A stretch of 64,000 nucleotides of DNA from Candidatus Nealsonbacteria bacterium (GTDB lineage Bacteria > Patescibacteriota > Minisyncoccia > Minisyncoccales > PWPS01), in contig PUMP01000059.1 in assembly GCA_003551425.1 (NCBI GenBank), positions 1,369-65,368 on the forward strand, read 5' to 3'. Under the pieces are notes generated by a model. The model was not told the origin of the DNA and made no database searches. It worked only from the letters and a program-made list of their open reading frames with translations. This document shows positions 1 through 8,358 of the stretch, piece by piece. The stretch's first letter is position 1, and each line of letters starts with the position of its first letter. Position numbers and translations under genes: made by a program.

Positions 1-588
1 AGCGTAGCAGACGTCCTTTCTTTGCAGTTTCCGGAAATAAAAGACGTGCACAGCGAAAGGTACGGAGCAGTACATAGATTGGATAAAGACACTTCCGGTA
101 TTCTTCTTTTCGCAAGAGACAAAGCAACATTTTCTTTTTTGCAAAAGGAGCTACTTGAACAAAACGCAAAAAAAAGGTATATTGCTCTTGTCTTTAAGCC
201 GATGAAAGAAAGCAGTATAAGAGTACAAACTTTTATCAAGCGCTCCCCGAAAGACAGAAGAAAACAAAAAGCATATAAGGGAGGAGAGGGGAAAAGAGAG
301 GCGGTTACGTTTATTCGAACAATAAGAACATTTTCAAGATTTTCTCTTTTGGAAGTCTTTCCAAAAACAGGAAGAAAGCATCAAATAAGGTGCCATCTCG
401 CCTATATCGGCCATCCTGTTGCGGGAGATAAACTTTATCGCTTCAAAGATCAAGTTGATCCAAAAGAGTTAAAGAGACAGTTCTTACACGCAAGTGCGAT
501 AAAGATAAGGACACCTCTTGGAGAAAAAATCTTTCACGCAAAACTGCCCACAAACCTAAAAAAAATTATTTACAATCTGGAAAAATAA
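1..588 (+). CDS. RluA-family pseudouridine synthase (5' end lies upstream of the window)
   Basis: The frame of ORF 22..588 stays open back to base 1, and the listed start is a TTG. Motifs HRLDKDTSGILLF (catalytic Asp) and HQIRCHLAYIGHPVAGDKLY are RluA-family signatures. Confidence 0.85.
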   Translation, partial: SVADVLSLQFPEIKDVHSERYGAVHRLDKDTSGILLFARDKATFSFLQKELLEQNAKKRYIALVFKPMKESSIRVQTFIKRSPKDRRKQKAYKGGEGKREAVTFIRTIRTFSRFSLLEVFPKTGRKHQIRCHLAYIGHPVAGDKLYRFKDQVDPKELKRQFLHASAIKIRTPLGEKIFHAKLPTNLKKIIYNLEK

Positions 589-589
589 C

Positions 590-919
590 ATGTCTACTAA
601 ATTGGAAGAATTCAAAAAGAGCCAAACAAAGGATATTCCCTATATAACGACGGGTGATACCGTGCGTGTTACGGAAAAAGTAAACGGAAAAACGCAAGCC
701 TTCGAAGGGTTGGTGATCGCTAAAAAGCACGGAAACACCGTTTCCGCAACCATCACTGTGAGAAAGGTTGTCGACAAAGTAGGAACAGAGAAGATCTTCC
801 CGATCCACTCTCCTTCCATAGAAAAGATTGAAGTAGTAAAAAAAGGAAGAACCAGGAAAGCCAAGATATATTACATCAAAGAAAAATCAAAAAAGATTGC
901 AAGAAAGAAGATAAAATAA
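590..919 (+). CDS. rplS: 50S ribosomal protein L19
   Basis: 109 aa. The pattern 'IPYITTGDTVRVTEKV..GKTQAFEGLVIAKKHGN..ATITVRK' is typical of L19. Confidence 0.9.
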   Translation: MSTKLEEFKKSQTKDIPYITTGDTVRVTEKVNGKTQAFEGLVIAKKHGNTVSATITVRKVVDKVGTEKIFPIHSPSIEKIEVVKKGRTRKAKIYYIKEKSKKIARKKIK

Positions 920-923
920 TTAA

Positions 924-1011
924 GCCCAGGTGCTGGAATTGGCAGACAGGCATGGTTGAGGGCCATGTGTTCATTATGAACGTGTGGGTTCAAGTCCCAC
1001 TCTGGGCACCA
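924..1011 (+). tRNA. tRNA-Leu(GAG), CCA encoded
   Basis: Hand-folded cloverleaf. Acceptor GCCCAGG/TCTGGGC, anticodon stem CATGG/CCATG with loop TTGAGGG, long variable arm, T-loop TTCAAGT. Confidence 0.88.
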
Positions 1012-1025
1012 GCTCACTTAATTAC

Positions 1026-1099
1026 GGACGGTTAGCTCAGTTGGCTAGAGCACCTCGCTTACATCGAGGGGGTCGCAGGTTCGAGTCCTGCACCGTCCA
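1026..1099 (+). tRNA. tRNA-Val(TAC)
   Basis: Acceptor GGACGGT/ACCGTCC, D-arm GCTC..GAGC, anticodon loop CTTACAT, T-arm GCAGG-TTCGAGT-CCTGC. Confidence 0.9.
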
Positions 1100-1107
1100 C
1101 AAGTGCT

Positions 1108-1182
1108 GCCGCGGTAGCTCAGTGGTAGAGCGTCTCTCTGAAAAAGAGAAAGTCGTCAGTTCAATTCTGACCCGCGGCACCA
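1108..1182 (+). tRNA. tRNA-Phe(GAA), CCA encoded
   Basis: Acceptor GCCGCGG/CCGCGGC, anticodon stem TCTCT/AGAGA with loop CTGAAAA, T-arm GTCAG-TTCAATT-CTGAC. Confidence 0.9.
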
Positions 1183-1189
1183 GTTATGT

Positions 1190-1261
1190 GCGGGAGTAGC
1201 TCAACGGCAGAGCGTTTGCTTGCCATGCAAAAGGTTGCGGGTTCAAATCCCGTCTCCCGCT
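1190..1261 (+). tRNA. tRNA-Gly(GCC)
   Basis: Acceptor GCGGGAG/CTCCCGC, anticodon stem TTTGC/GCAAA with loop TTGCCAT, T-loop TTCAAAT. Confidence 0.9.
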
Positions 1262-1283
1262 CACTAAATATTTAGGAAAATCC

Positions 1284-1312
1284 TTGACATTATTTCTTTT
1301 GTATGATAAAGT
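1284..1312 (+). promoter_or_regulatory. sigma70-like promoter (TTGACA-17-TAAAGT) upstream of the 3D-domain gene
   Basis: An exact TTGACA at 1284..1289 and an A/T-rich -10 candidate at 1307..1312. It sits directly after the tRNA cluster. Confidence 0.4.
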
Positions 1313-1367
1313 GTAACTACCCTTCATAAAGAGAGGGGTTTTTTATTTTAAAGTACAAATAAAAAAT

Positions 1368-1949
1368 ATGTACAAGACTAGTGGATCTTCCGATGACGGG
1401 AGTCTGAATATCGCCTTCTTTTCCGTGCTGATTATGTCTCTACTTCTTCTTTTTAATTTTTCAGAAGGAGAAACGGTAAGAGAAGGTGAAGAAAAAAGAG
1501 AGATCGTTATCTCTTCTCTTGATAAAACAGAAGACGATAAAGAAGATTACGATTTTCACGACGATAATACTCTTCTTGCGGTATCCTCCCCTACTTACCA
1601 TAAACCACAAGTGATGGGAACACCGAAAGAAGAAAGGGTGGTCAGACAAATATGGTCAAATATAACCGCCTACGCCCCTTTGGATGTTAATGCCAGGGAA
1701 GGAATGTGTTTCTCCGGAAACCCTTCCCTTACGGCATCGGGAACATCTCCGAGAGACGGCATCGTGGCAGCTAACTTCCTTCCTTTCGGGACCAGAATAA
1801 GAATACCGGCAGTTTTTGGAAACAAGGTTTTCGTAGTAGAAGACAGAATGAGCCCCAGAAAGAACAATACTGTTGATATATTCTTGTTCTCACAACAAGA
1901 GGCGATTAACTTCGGGAGGAGAGAAGCTTATATAGAAATTATCGAGTAA
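1368..1949 (+). CDS. Membrane-anchored 3D-domain (MltA/RlpA-like barrel) cell-wall protein
   Basis: N-terminal hydrophobic segment. The C-terminal part 'ITAYAP.D....GMC.SG......G.VAAN.LPFGTRIRIP....KVFVVEDRM....NTVDIF' resembles the 3D domain of YabE/YocH/Rpf-type proteins. Confidence 0.6.
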   Translation: MYKTSGSSDDGSLNIAFFSVLIMSLLLLFNFSEGETVREGEEKREIVISSLDKTEDDKEDYDFHDDNTLLAVSSPTYHKPQVMGTPKEERVVRQIWSNITAYAPLDVNAREGMCFSGNPSLTASGTSPRDGIVAANFLPFGTRIRIPAVFGNKVFVVEDRMSPRKNNTVDIFLFSQQEAINFGRREAYIEIIE

Positions 1950-1965
1950 ACTCTTTTGAGAGTTG

Positions 1966-1996
1966 AAAAAGCCCCGTTATTACGGGGCTTTTTTTA
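1966..1996. terminator. Rho-independent terminator hairpin (AAAAAGCCCCG-ttatta-CGGGGCTTTTT)
   Basis: A perfect GC-rich stem followed by a T-run, and preceded by an A-run. It lies between convergent genes, so it may work in both directions. Confidence 0.65.
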
Positions 1997-1998
1997 TG

Positions 1999-2080
1999 TG
2001 CCCGGGGTGGGACTCGAACCCACAAGCCTTACGGCACACGATTTTAAGTCGTGCGTGTTTACCGGTTTCACCACCCGGGC
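1999..2080 (-). tRNA. tRNA-Leu(TAA)
   Basis: The reverse complement folds with acceptor GCCCGGG/CCCGGGC, anticodon stem CACGA/TCGTG with loop CTTAAAA, a long variable arm and T-loop TTCGAGT. Confidence 0.88.
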
Positions 2081-2082
2081 TA

Positions 2083-2157
2083 TGGAGGCGTGGAGGGGAT
2101 TTGCACCCCTGTAAACGGTTTTGCAGACCGCCCCCTAGTCTCCTCGGGCACCACGCC
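2083..2157 (-). tRNA. tRNA-Cys(GCA), CCA encoded, atypical T-loop
   Basis: Acceptor GGCGTGG/CCACGCC and anticodon loop CTGCAAA. The T-arm is AGGGG-TGCAAAT-CCCCT, so position 55 is G instead of the near-universal U. The D-stem is short. Confidence 0.7.
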
Positions 2158-2160
2158 TAT

Positions 2161-3654
2161 TTAAAGGGTTCTTTTGACCGTCTCCTCGGTATAAAATAAC
2201 AAAATATCTTTTTCTTTTGCTTTTCCGTTTCCTTCAAAAAGCATGCCGAACTCTTCTTTCCCGGAAATCTTTTCAATATCTTTCTCTTCTTTCTTTAAAC
2301 CAATAATTTTCCCTTCCGCAACCTTTTCTTTTTCTCGCCAAACTTCAACAAGAAAACCTTTCCTTGCTTCTCCTTTTATAATCTCTCCTCCCAATACTTG
2401 CCTGTCTTTTTGTTCTCGAAAAACAGCAAGGACTTTTGCCTGCCCTTGTTCATTTCTTACTACTTCCGGTTCTAATAGTTCTTCCGCTTCTTTTTTAACC
2501 TCCTCAATTAACTCGTAAATAACATTAAACTCTTTAACCTCTACTCCTTCCTTTATTGACATTTTTTCAGCGGATCTGTCTTTTTTAACCCGAAAAGCGA
2601 AGATCTTGGAACCGGTAGCTTTGGCAAGCTCAATGTCGGTTTCGTTGACACTCCCAATGCCCGAACTGACTATCCTTATACCGATCTCTTCCTGTGGTAT
2701 TTTTTCCAAAGAACTCTCAATAGCCTCCACCAGCCCGACAACATCTGCTTTTATTATAACATTCAAATTGCTCTTTTCTTCTTTGTCGACAAAGCTTTTC
2801 CTTTCTACTCCTTGAGACGCAATCTTCTTTGCTTCTCCGACACTACTACAAACAAAAAACTCATCTCCGGTCCTGGGGCTGCCCTTAAGGCCCACTACCT
2901 GGACAGGAGTGGAGATGCCGGCCTCTTCCAGCTCTTCTCCAAGAAAGCCTTCCATAACTCTTAGTTTTCCAAAAGAGGACCTGGTGGCTATTATGTCTCC
3001 CTTTTTCAGGGTTCCGCTTTTGACAAGAAGAGTGACTATCGCTCCTCTTTGCGAGTCAAGGTGGGTTTCAATTACCACCCCTTCGGCAGGAAGGTTGGGA
3101 TTTCCTTTCATTCCTTCCATCTCGGCAAGAAGAAGAACCATTTCCAGAAGGTCGTTTATTCCGCTTTTCTTAATGGCCGAAATGTTCACAGAAGGAATTT
3201 TCCCTCCATAAGATTCTAAAAATATTCCTTCTTTGGAAAGATCTTGCTTTATTTTTTCCGGCTCAGCACTTTGCTTGTCCATCTTATTTATTGCTACCAA
3301 AAAAGGCATTCCCGATTCTTTTAAGTGAGAGATGGCTTCCTTGGTTTGCTCTTTTACGCTTTCATCGGCGGCCACCACCAGAATTCCAATGTCTGCAACC
3401 TCGGTTCCTCTCGATCTCATCGCAGAAAAAGCTTCATGCCCGGGAGTGTCGATAAAAGTAATTGATTTTTCTTCATGCGACACGGCATAAGCTCCCATAT
3501 GCTGAGTGATTCCCCCGGACTCATGCTCGGTAATTTTAAGGTCTTTTATAGCTTCCAACAGAGAGCTTTTCCCATGGTCAACGTGCCCCAAGATTACTAC
3601 AACCGGCGGTCTTGTTATTAAGTTTTGTTCTTTTTTACTCATGTTGCTCTTCAT
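2161..3654 (-). CDS. infB: Translation initiation factor IF-2 (short form, 497 aa)
   Basis: G-domain motifs 'RPPVVVILGHVDHGKSSLL', 'DTPGHEAF' and 'NKMD', followed by beta-barrel and C-terminal domains. It lacks the long N-terminal extension. Confidence 0.92.
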   Translation of the reverse strand: MKSNMSKKEQNLITRPPVVVILGHVDHGKSSLLEAIKDLKITEHESGGITQHMGAYAVSHEEKSITFIDTPGHEAFSAMRSRGTEVADIGILVVAADESVKEQTKEAISHLKESGMPFLVAINKMDKQSAEPEKIKQDLSKEGIFLESYGGKIPSVNISAIKKSGINDLLEMVLLLAEMEGMKGNPNLPAEGVVIETHLDSQRGAIVTLLVKSGTLKKGDIIATRSSFGKLRVMEGFLGEELEEAGISTPVQVVGLKGSPRTGDEFFVCSSVGEAKKIASQGVERKSFVDKEEKSNLNVIIKADVVGLVEAIESSLEKIPQEEIGIRIVSSGIGSVNETDIELAKATGSKIFAFRVKKDRSAEKMSIKEGVEVKEFNVIYELIEEVKKEAEELLEPEVVRNEQGQAKVLAVFREQKDRQVLGGEIIKGEARKGFLVEVWREKEKVAEGKIIGLKKEEKDIEKISGKEEFGMLFEGNGKAKEKDILLFYTEETVKRTL

Positions 3655-4012
3655 CTTTTAAGGCTCCTTCTATTGCGTTCTTCTCCTCGCGAGAAAGGGA
3701 ATACTCCGATACTCCTCCCTTTACCGGTTTTGCATAAACTCTATTTCCTCCGCTGGAGTAAAGGCTTGTGATAACCGCTCCGTTGCCACTGCTGTCCAAG
3801 ACAGCTACAGAGAAACTTTGATTACCGCCCGAATCGGAAAAAGGATTGAATCTTACCACCTTTACGTTCTGCAAAAAAGTCTCTCCTCTCTTGCAGATTT
3901 CATCCAATTTTCCTTTTATCTCTGCATTTTCTTTCTCCAACTCCTCAATCTTTTCTGCAAGCTGATTGATGTTTTCGGGAGTTTCTTTTTTCTTTTTTTT
4001 AAGATTAAACAT
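3635..4012 (-). CDS. DUF4446-like small protein with an N-terminal coiled coil
   Basis: The pattern 'VRFNPFSDSGGNQSFSVAVLDSSGNGAVITSLYSSGGNRVYAKPV' matches what I recall for the DUF4446 family. The stop overlaps the infB start. Confidence 0.5.
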   Translation of the reverse strand: MFNLKKKKKETPENINQLAEKIEELEKENAEIKGKLDEICKRGETFLQNVKVVRFNPFSDSGGNQSFSVAVLDSSGNGAVITSLYSSGGNRVYAKPVKGGVSEYSLSREEKNAIEGALKDEEQHE

Positions 4013-4028
4013 ATTAGCAACTGTTAAG

Positions 4029-4115
4029 CGGAGGGGGTGGGATTCGAACCCACGTGCCCTTTAAGAGCCAATCGCTTTCGAGGCGACGCCGTTATGTCCG
4101 CTTCGGTACCCCTCC
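4029..4115 (-). tRNA. tRNA-Ser(CGA)
   Basis: Acceptor GGAGGGG/CCCCTCC with discriminator G, anticodon loop CTCGAAA, long variable arm, T-loop TTCGAAT. Confidence 0.88.
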
Positions 4116-4130
4116 ACGGCAAAAATAAAG

Positions 4131-4204
4131 TGGACCCGATCGGACTTGAACCGATGGCCTTTTGCGTGCCACGCAAACGCTCTAGCCAGCTGAGCTACGG
4201 GCCC
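4131..4204 (-). tRNA. tRNA-Ala(GGC)
   Basis: Acceptor GGGCCCG/CGGGTCC carries the G3:U70 alanine identity pair. Anticodon loop GTGGCAC. Confidence 0.9.
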
Positions 4205-4673
4205 ATTCTAAAAAGCTATCGCTTATTATACCACTATTATCCTTCACTATCAACTCTCTTTCCTTGGAAGAGATAAAGGTAAAATGAAGAGTCGTCACTC
4301 CGTAGGGAAGAATCTTTTTTACCTTCTCTCCCCATTCTATCGCTACAATGTTTTTTTTACTGCTCATCTTCTCTCTTATTCCAAGAGAACACAGATCCTT
4401 CTCCTCTACTCTGTAAGCGTCAAAATGATAAAAAAAACGACCCTTCTCCGTCTTATATTTTTTAAATATTAAGAAGGTTGGGCTGGTTACTTCTTCTCTC
4501 ACTCCAAGACCTCGCGCAAATCCTTGCAGAAAAGTCGTCTTTCCACTTCCTAGATCACCCTCTAAAGATAAAACAATCGGAATCTCTTTTGCAAGCACTT
4601 CTTTTGCCAGGCGCCATCCTATTTTCTTCATTTGATCCGGAGAAAAAACTTTTATTTTTTGACTAATCATCAA
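4182..4673 (-). CDS. tsaE: tRNA t6A37 biosynthesis ATPase TsaE (YjeE)
   Basis: Motifs 'LEGDLGSGKTTFLQGFARGLGV', 'VTSPTF' and 'HFDAYR'. The last ~7 codons and the TAG stop lie inside the 5' part of tRNA-Ala(GGC). Confidence 0.8.
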   Translation of the reverse strand: MMISQKIKVFSPDQMKKIGWRLAKEVLAKEIPIVLSLEGDLGSGKTTFLQGFARGLGVREEVTSPTFLIFKKYKTEKGRFFYHFDAYRVEEKDLCSLGIREKMSSKKNIVAIEWGEKVKKILPYGVTTLHFTFISSKERELIVKDNSGIISDSFLEWARSSAG

Positions 4674-4711
4674 ATTTAGGCTAAATTTACGTACAGATAA
4701 TAATACCTTTT

Positions 4712-6013
4712 ATGGCTAAAAATTCCAAGGGAGTATCGGGAGAGATAAAGATCCCTTCCCCTATAACGGAAGAGATCACCAGAAAGATAAATAATCTTCC
4801 CAGCCTCCAAGAAAAAATAAGAGAATCTTTAAAAGAAGACGTCTCAAAGATCTTGGAGATTATTCTTATGGGTGCCATCAATATAAATTCTTCCGATGTG
4901 CATATCGAGCCGGAAGAAGAGAAGGTTAAAATAAGAATGAGGGTAGACGGAGTATTGCATGATGTCTCTGTAATAGAAAAAGAGCTGTATAATAAGATAA
5001 TTTCCAGGATAAAGCTTCTTTCCCGAGTAAAGATCAATATTGAAGACCGTCCTCAAGACGGTAGATTTACAATATGGATTCCCGAAAAAGATCTTTCTAT
5101 TGAAGTTAGAATGTCCACCCTTCCTTCCGAATACGGAGAAACAATCGTAATGAGACTCCTTGATCCGCGCAAACTGATAAACCTTGATCAGCTGGGATTA
5201 AGAGATGACCTTCATAGCCTTTTTGAGGAAGAGATTGCAAAGCCCAACGGAATGATTATCGTCACAGGACCTACCGGCTCCGGTAAGACTACCACTCTTT
5301 ATGCTTTTTTAAAGACTATCAACAAGCCTGATATAAAGATTGTTACAATTGAAGATCCGGTAGAGTACCATTTAGAGGGTATCTCGCAAACAAGAGCGGA
5401 TTCAAGCAAAGAATATGACTTTGCAAGCGGGCTGCGCACCATTGTCCGTCAAGACCCCGATGTAATTCTGGTTGGAGAGATAAGAGATCTTGAGACAGGG
5501 CAAATCAGCATGCAAGCGGCATTAACGGGCCATCTTGTTTTCTCTACGCTGCACACGAACGACGCCCCCGGCGCGATAGCCAGGCTCCAGGCATTAGGAG
5601 AAAAAGCTGTAAATATCGCTCCATCAATCAATATGATAATCGCCCAAAGGCTGGTAAGAAAGGTCTGCAAGAGTTGTACCAAGCTCGTAGAGGCAAAAGA
5701 AGAGGAGCTGAAAGAAATAAAAGAAGAGTTAAAAAACATAAAAGAAGATATCTTTTCTTTCCCGGAAACCGTTAATCTCCCGCAAAACAAAGGGTGTAGA
5801 GAGTGCAGCTACACAGGATACAGAGGAAGAGCCGGAATTTTTGAAGCACTGGTAATTGACGAAGAGATGGAAGAGTTTATTCTCTCCTCTCCTTCCACTT
5901 CAAAAATAAAGAACAAAGCTATTGAAAAAGGAATGATCACCATGCGCCAAGACGGAATGATAAAAGTATTAAAAGGGGAAACAACAATAGAAGAAGTAAA
6001 TAGAGTTACTTAG
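4712..6013 (+). CDS. GspE/PilB-family secretion/pilus assembly ATPase (433 aa)
   Basis: Walker A 'VTGPTGSGKTTTL', Asp box and Walker B 'RQDPDVILVGEIRD', His box 'TGHLVFSTLHTN', and a tetracysteine motif 'CKSC...CRECSYTGYRGR'. Confidence 0.85.
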   Translation: MAKNSKGVSGEIKIPSPITEEITRKINNLPSLQEKIRESLKEDVSKILEIILMGAININSSDVHIEPEEEKVKIRMRVDGVLHDVSVIEKELYNKIISRIKLLSRVKINIEDRPQDGRFTIWIPEKDLSIEVRMSTLPSEYGETIVMRLLDPRKLINLDQLGLRDDLHSLFEEEIAKPNGMIIVTGPTGSGKTTTLYAFLKTINKPDIKIVTIEDPVEYHLEGISQTRADSSKEYDFASGLRTIVRQDPDVILVGEIRDLETGQISMQAALTGHLVFSTLHTNDAPGAIARLQALGEKAVNIAPSINMIIAQRLVRKVCKSCTKLVEAKEEELKEIKEELKNIKEDIFSFPETVNLPQNKGCRECSYTGYRGRAGIFEALVIDEEMEEFILSSPSTSKIKNKAIEKGMITMRQDGMIKVLKGETTIEEVNRVT

Positions 6014-6018
6014 GTTAC

Positions 6019-7014
6019 ATGTCTCAGAACAAAAAAATTGTACCACTGCCGACAGAAGAAGACAAAACCCTTGACCTTGCTCTTCGTCCGCAAAGATTCC
6101 AAGATTATCTTGGACAGGAGCGAATCAAAAAAAATATTCGCATCATTACGGAAGCAGCCCAAAAAAGAAAAGATTCCTGTATCGAGCATATACTTTTTTA
6201 TGGAGGACCGGGACTCGGAAAAACAACCTTATCTTACTTGGTGGCAAAAAAAATGGGAACCGGAATCCGAACCATCGCCGGCCCTTCCATAAAGAAAACG
6301 GGAGATCTGGCCGCTATTCTTACAAACCTGCGTGAAGGAGACATTCTTTTTATTGACGAAATACACCGCACAAATAAGACATGTGAAGAGATGATATATC
6401 CCGTGATGGAAGAATTCAAATTGAACCTTATTATCGGCAAGGGCCCTATGGCGCGAACAATGGACTTAAAAATACCAAGATTTACTCTCATTGGCGCAAC
6501 CACAAGACTGGCCCTTCTTTCTTCTCCTTTAAGAAGTCGCTTCGGAGCTACTTTCAAGCTCGATAACTACAGCACAAAAGAGATCGGTGACATTGTTAAA
6601 AGATCAGCGTCCTTGTTAGAGGTAAAAATAGAAGAAGATGCGATAAAAACAATCGCTTCCCGCTCAAGGTTTAATCCTCGAATAGCAAACAGGCTCCTTA
6701 AAAGAGTCCGGGATTTTTCGGAGGTAGAAGGGAAAGGAATTATCTCCGGAAAAGAAGCTATAAACGCCCTTTCTTTTTTGGATGTTGACGAGATGGGGTT
6801 GGAGTCCGGAGACAGAAGAATATTGGAGACTCTTTCCGAAAAGTTCGAGGGAGGGCCCGCCGGCCTTCAGTCTCTTTCCATCGCAACCGGAGAAGAAGAG
6901 GAGACCATTATAGATATTTATGAGCCTTACCTTATACAGCTCGGCTTTATAAAAAGAACTCCTCGCGGAAGAGTTATTACCGAAAAAGCAAAAGAATATT
7001 TGAAGAAGAAGTAA
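6019..7014 (+). CDS. ruvB: Holliday junction branch migration helicase RuvB
   Basis: Motifs 'LRPQRFQDYLGQ', 'GPGLGKTTL', 'ILFIDEIHR' and 'LIGATTR', plus a C-terminal winged helix 'PYLIQLGFIKRTPRGR'. Confidence 0.95.
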   Translation: MSQNKKIVPLPTEEDKTLDLALRPQRFQDYLGQERIKKNIRIITEAAQKRKDSCIEHILFYGGPGLGKTTLSYLVAKKMGTGIRTIAGPSIKKTGDLAAILTNLREGDILFIDEIHRTNKTCEEMIYPVMEEFKLNLIIGKGPMARTMDLKIPRFTLIGATTRLALLSSPLRSRFGATFKLDNYSTKEIGDIVKRSASLLEVKIEEDAIKTIASRSRFNPRIANRLLKRVRDFSEVEGKGIISGKEAINALSFLDVDEMGLESGDRRILETLSEKFEGGPAGLQSLSIATGEEEETIIDIYEPYLIQLGFIKRTPRGRVITEKAKEYLKKK

Positions 7015-7015
7015 T

Positions 7016-7699
7016 ATGACCGTAAAGCTGTTATGCCTCCTTTTGATCTTATTTCCTCTTTTTGCCGATGCCATTATAATAACAAAAGTGCAGATTGAAG
7101 GAGAAAGAAGCGACGATTGCTATATAAAGCTTTATAATCCCCATGACGAAAAGAGGGCTCTGGAAGGTTATAACATAAGAAAGAAAACTTCTACCGGGAC
7201 AGAAAGTTCCGTGCGCGTGATTCCTTCAGATAAGATTATAGAAAAAAACGGTTATCTTGTTTGGGCAAGCTCAAGAAATAAAGATTTCCCGGGTAAGGTA
7301 AATGCGGATATAGTATCAACTCAATACCTTTCCCGTAACAACAGTATCACCGTACTCGATAATGAAGGTCGCGTTTTAGATTCTTTGGGATGGGGAGACG
7401 GTAAAGACCAATACAAGAAAGGAGAGGTTTTTCCTCTAAATCCGGAAAAAGGCCAGGTGATAAAAAGAAAAGAAATAAACGGAGAATATCAAAACACGGG
7501 GAGTAATGCTGATGATTTTTATCTGTACCCGCCCCCGACATCCCCTTTAAAGATAAAAGAAGTTTATACGGAAGAAGAAGAGCCGGAAGAGAAAAGCGCT
7601 TTCTTGGTCGCTATCTCTTCTTCCGTTTTTCTCGGATTATTAATTTTATTTCTTAAAAAAATTGAAAAATGGCAGGGCACAGTCACTTCAAAAACATAA
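7016..7699 (+). CDS. Secreted lamin-tail-domain (LTD) protein with a C-terminal TM anchor
   Basis: Signal-like N-terminus. An LTD-like pattern 'IIITKVQIEG...CYIKLYNP......LEGYNI' and a C-terminal hydrophobic helix 'FLVAISSSVFLGLLILFL'. The 3' end overlaps the yebC-family start by 31 nt. Confidence 0.55.
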   Translation: MTVKLLCLLLILFPLFADAIIITKVQIEGERSDDCYIKLYNPHDEKRALEGYNIRKKTSTGTESSVRVIPSDKIIEKNGYLVWASSRNKDFPGKVNADIVSTQYLSRNNSITVLDNEGRVLDSLGWGDGKDQYKKGEVFPLNPEKGQVIKRKEINGEYQNTGSNADDFYLYPPPTSPLKIKEVYTEEEEPEEKSAFLVAISSSVFLGLLILFLKKIEKWQGTVTSKT

Positions 7700-8358
7700 A
7701 AAGAAAAAAGGAAGCCGAAGATCAAAGAAAGGCAGCTGTTTTTTCCAAGATGTCTCGTCTTTTAATCTCTGCTGCTCGCGAAAAAGGAGAAGATCCTAAC
7801 TCCAATCCTGCTCTTCGGCTGGCTATTGAAAAAGCAAAAGAAGCAGACATGCCGAAAGAGAGGATTAACCGGGCGATAGCGAGAGGAGTAGGAAAGGGAG
7901 AAGAGGGAAGGCTGGAGCCTTTTCTTTTCGAAGCTTACGGTCCCGAAAGCACCGCTTTTCTGATTCAAGGATCAACCGATAATAAGAACCGTGACTTAAG
8001 CGTAATAAAAGAGACTTTAAAAAGGCACGGCGGGAAGCTTGCAGATCCCGGATCCGTAAAGTGGCTTTTTGTTTCGCAAGGAATTATTGAGGTGGAGAAT
8101 AAGGAGTTTATTATAACAAAAGCAATAGATTACGGCGTGGAAGAGATAGAAGAGAAAGAAGATTCTTTCTTGATTTATATTGCTCCCGAAGAGGCGGAAA
8201 GCGTAAAAAGCGCTTTAGAGGGAGATGTGTTGTCTTTTACTCTGGGATGGAGGGCAAAAAACAAGATCGGTTCTATGGGTAAGAGAGACAAAGATCTTCT
8301 TTACGATTTAGAAAACATACAAGCGGTTGAAGGAGTTTATTCAAACGCAAAAATATGA
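7669..8358 (+). CDS. YebC/PmpR-family DNA-binding regulator
   Basis: Canonical N-terminus 'MAGHSHFKNIKRKK' and 'NPALRLAIEKAKEADMPKERINRAI'. Confidence 0.9.
   Translation: MAGHSHFKNIKRKKEAEDQRKAAVFSKMSRLLISAAREKGEDPNSNPALRLAIEKAKEADMPKERINRAIARGVGKGEEGRLEPFLFEAYGPESTAFLIQGSTDNKNRDLSVIKETLKRHGGKLADPGSVKWLFVSQGIIEVENKEFIITKAIDYGVEEIEEKEDSFLIYIAPEEAESVKSALEGDVLSFTLGWRAKNKIGSMGKRDKDLLYDLENIQAVEGVYSNAKI

Noticed and set aside
984-1199. 71-aa ORF spanning the tRNA cluster. Similar ORFs occur at 1963..2199, 4037..4276, 43906..44127, 45880..46194, 46093..46299 and 46199..46495.
   Set aside because: These ORFs are made almost entirely of tRNA gene sequence or the flanking terminator. The tRNA cloverleaves are unambiguous and the translated products have no protein-like features.
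2243-3211. Plus-strand ORFs inside infB (2243..2518, 2606..2815, 2909..3211). Comparable antisense ORFs lie inside pnp, rny, VirB4, the PBP gene, rtcB, elp3 and others.
   Set aside because: They lie antisense to strongly supported conserved genes, have low-complexity or hydrophobic composition, and have no start context.
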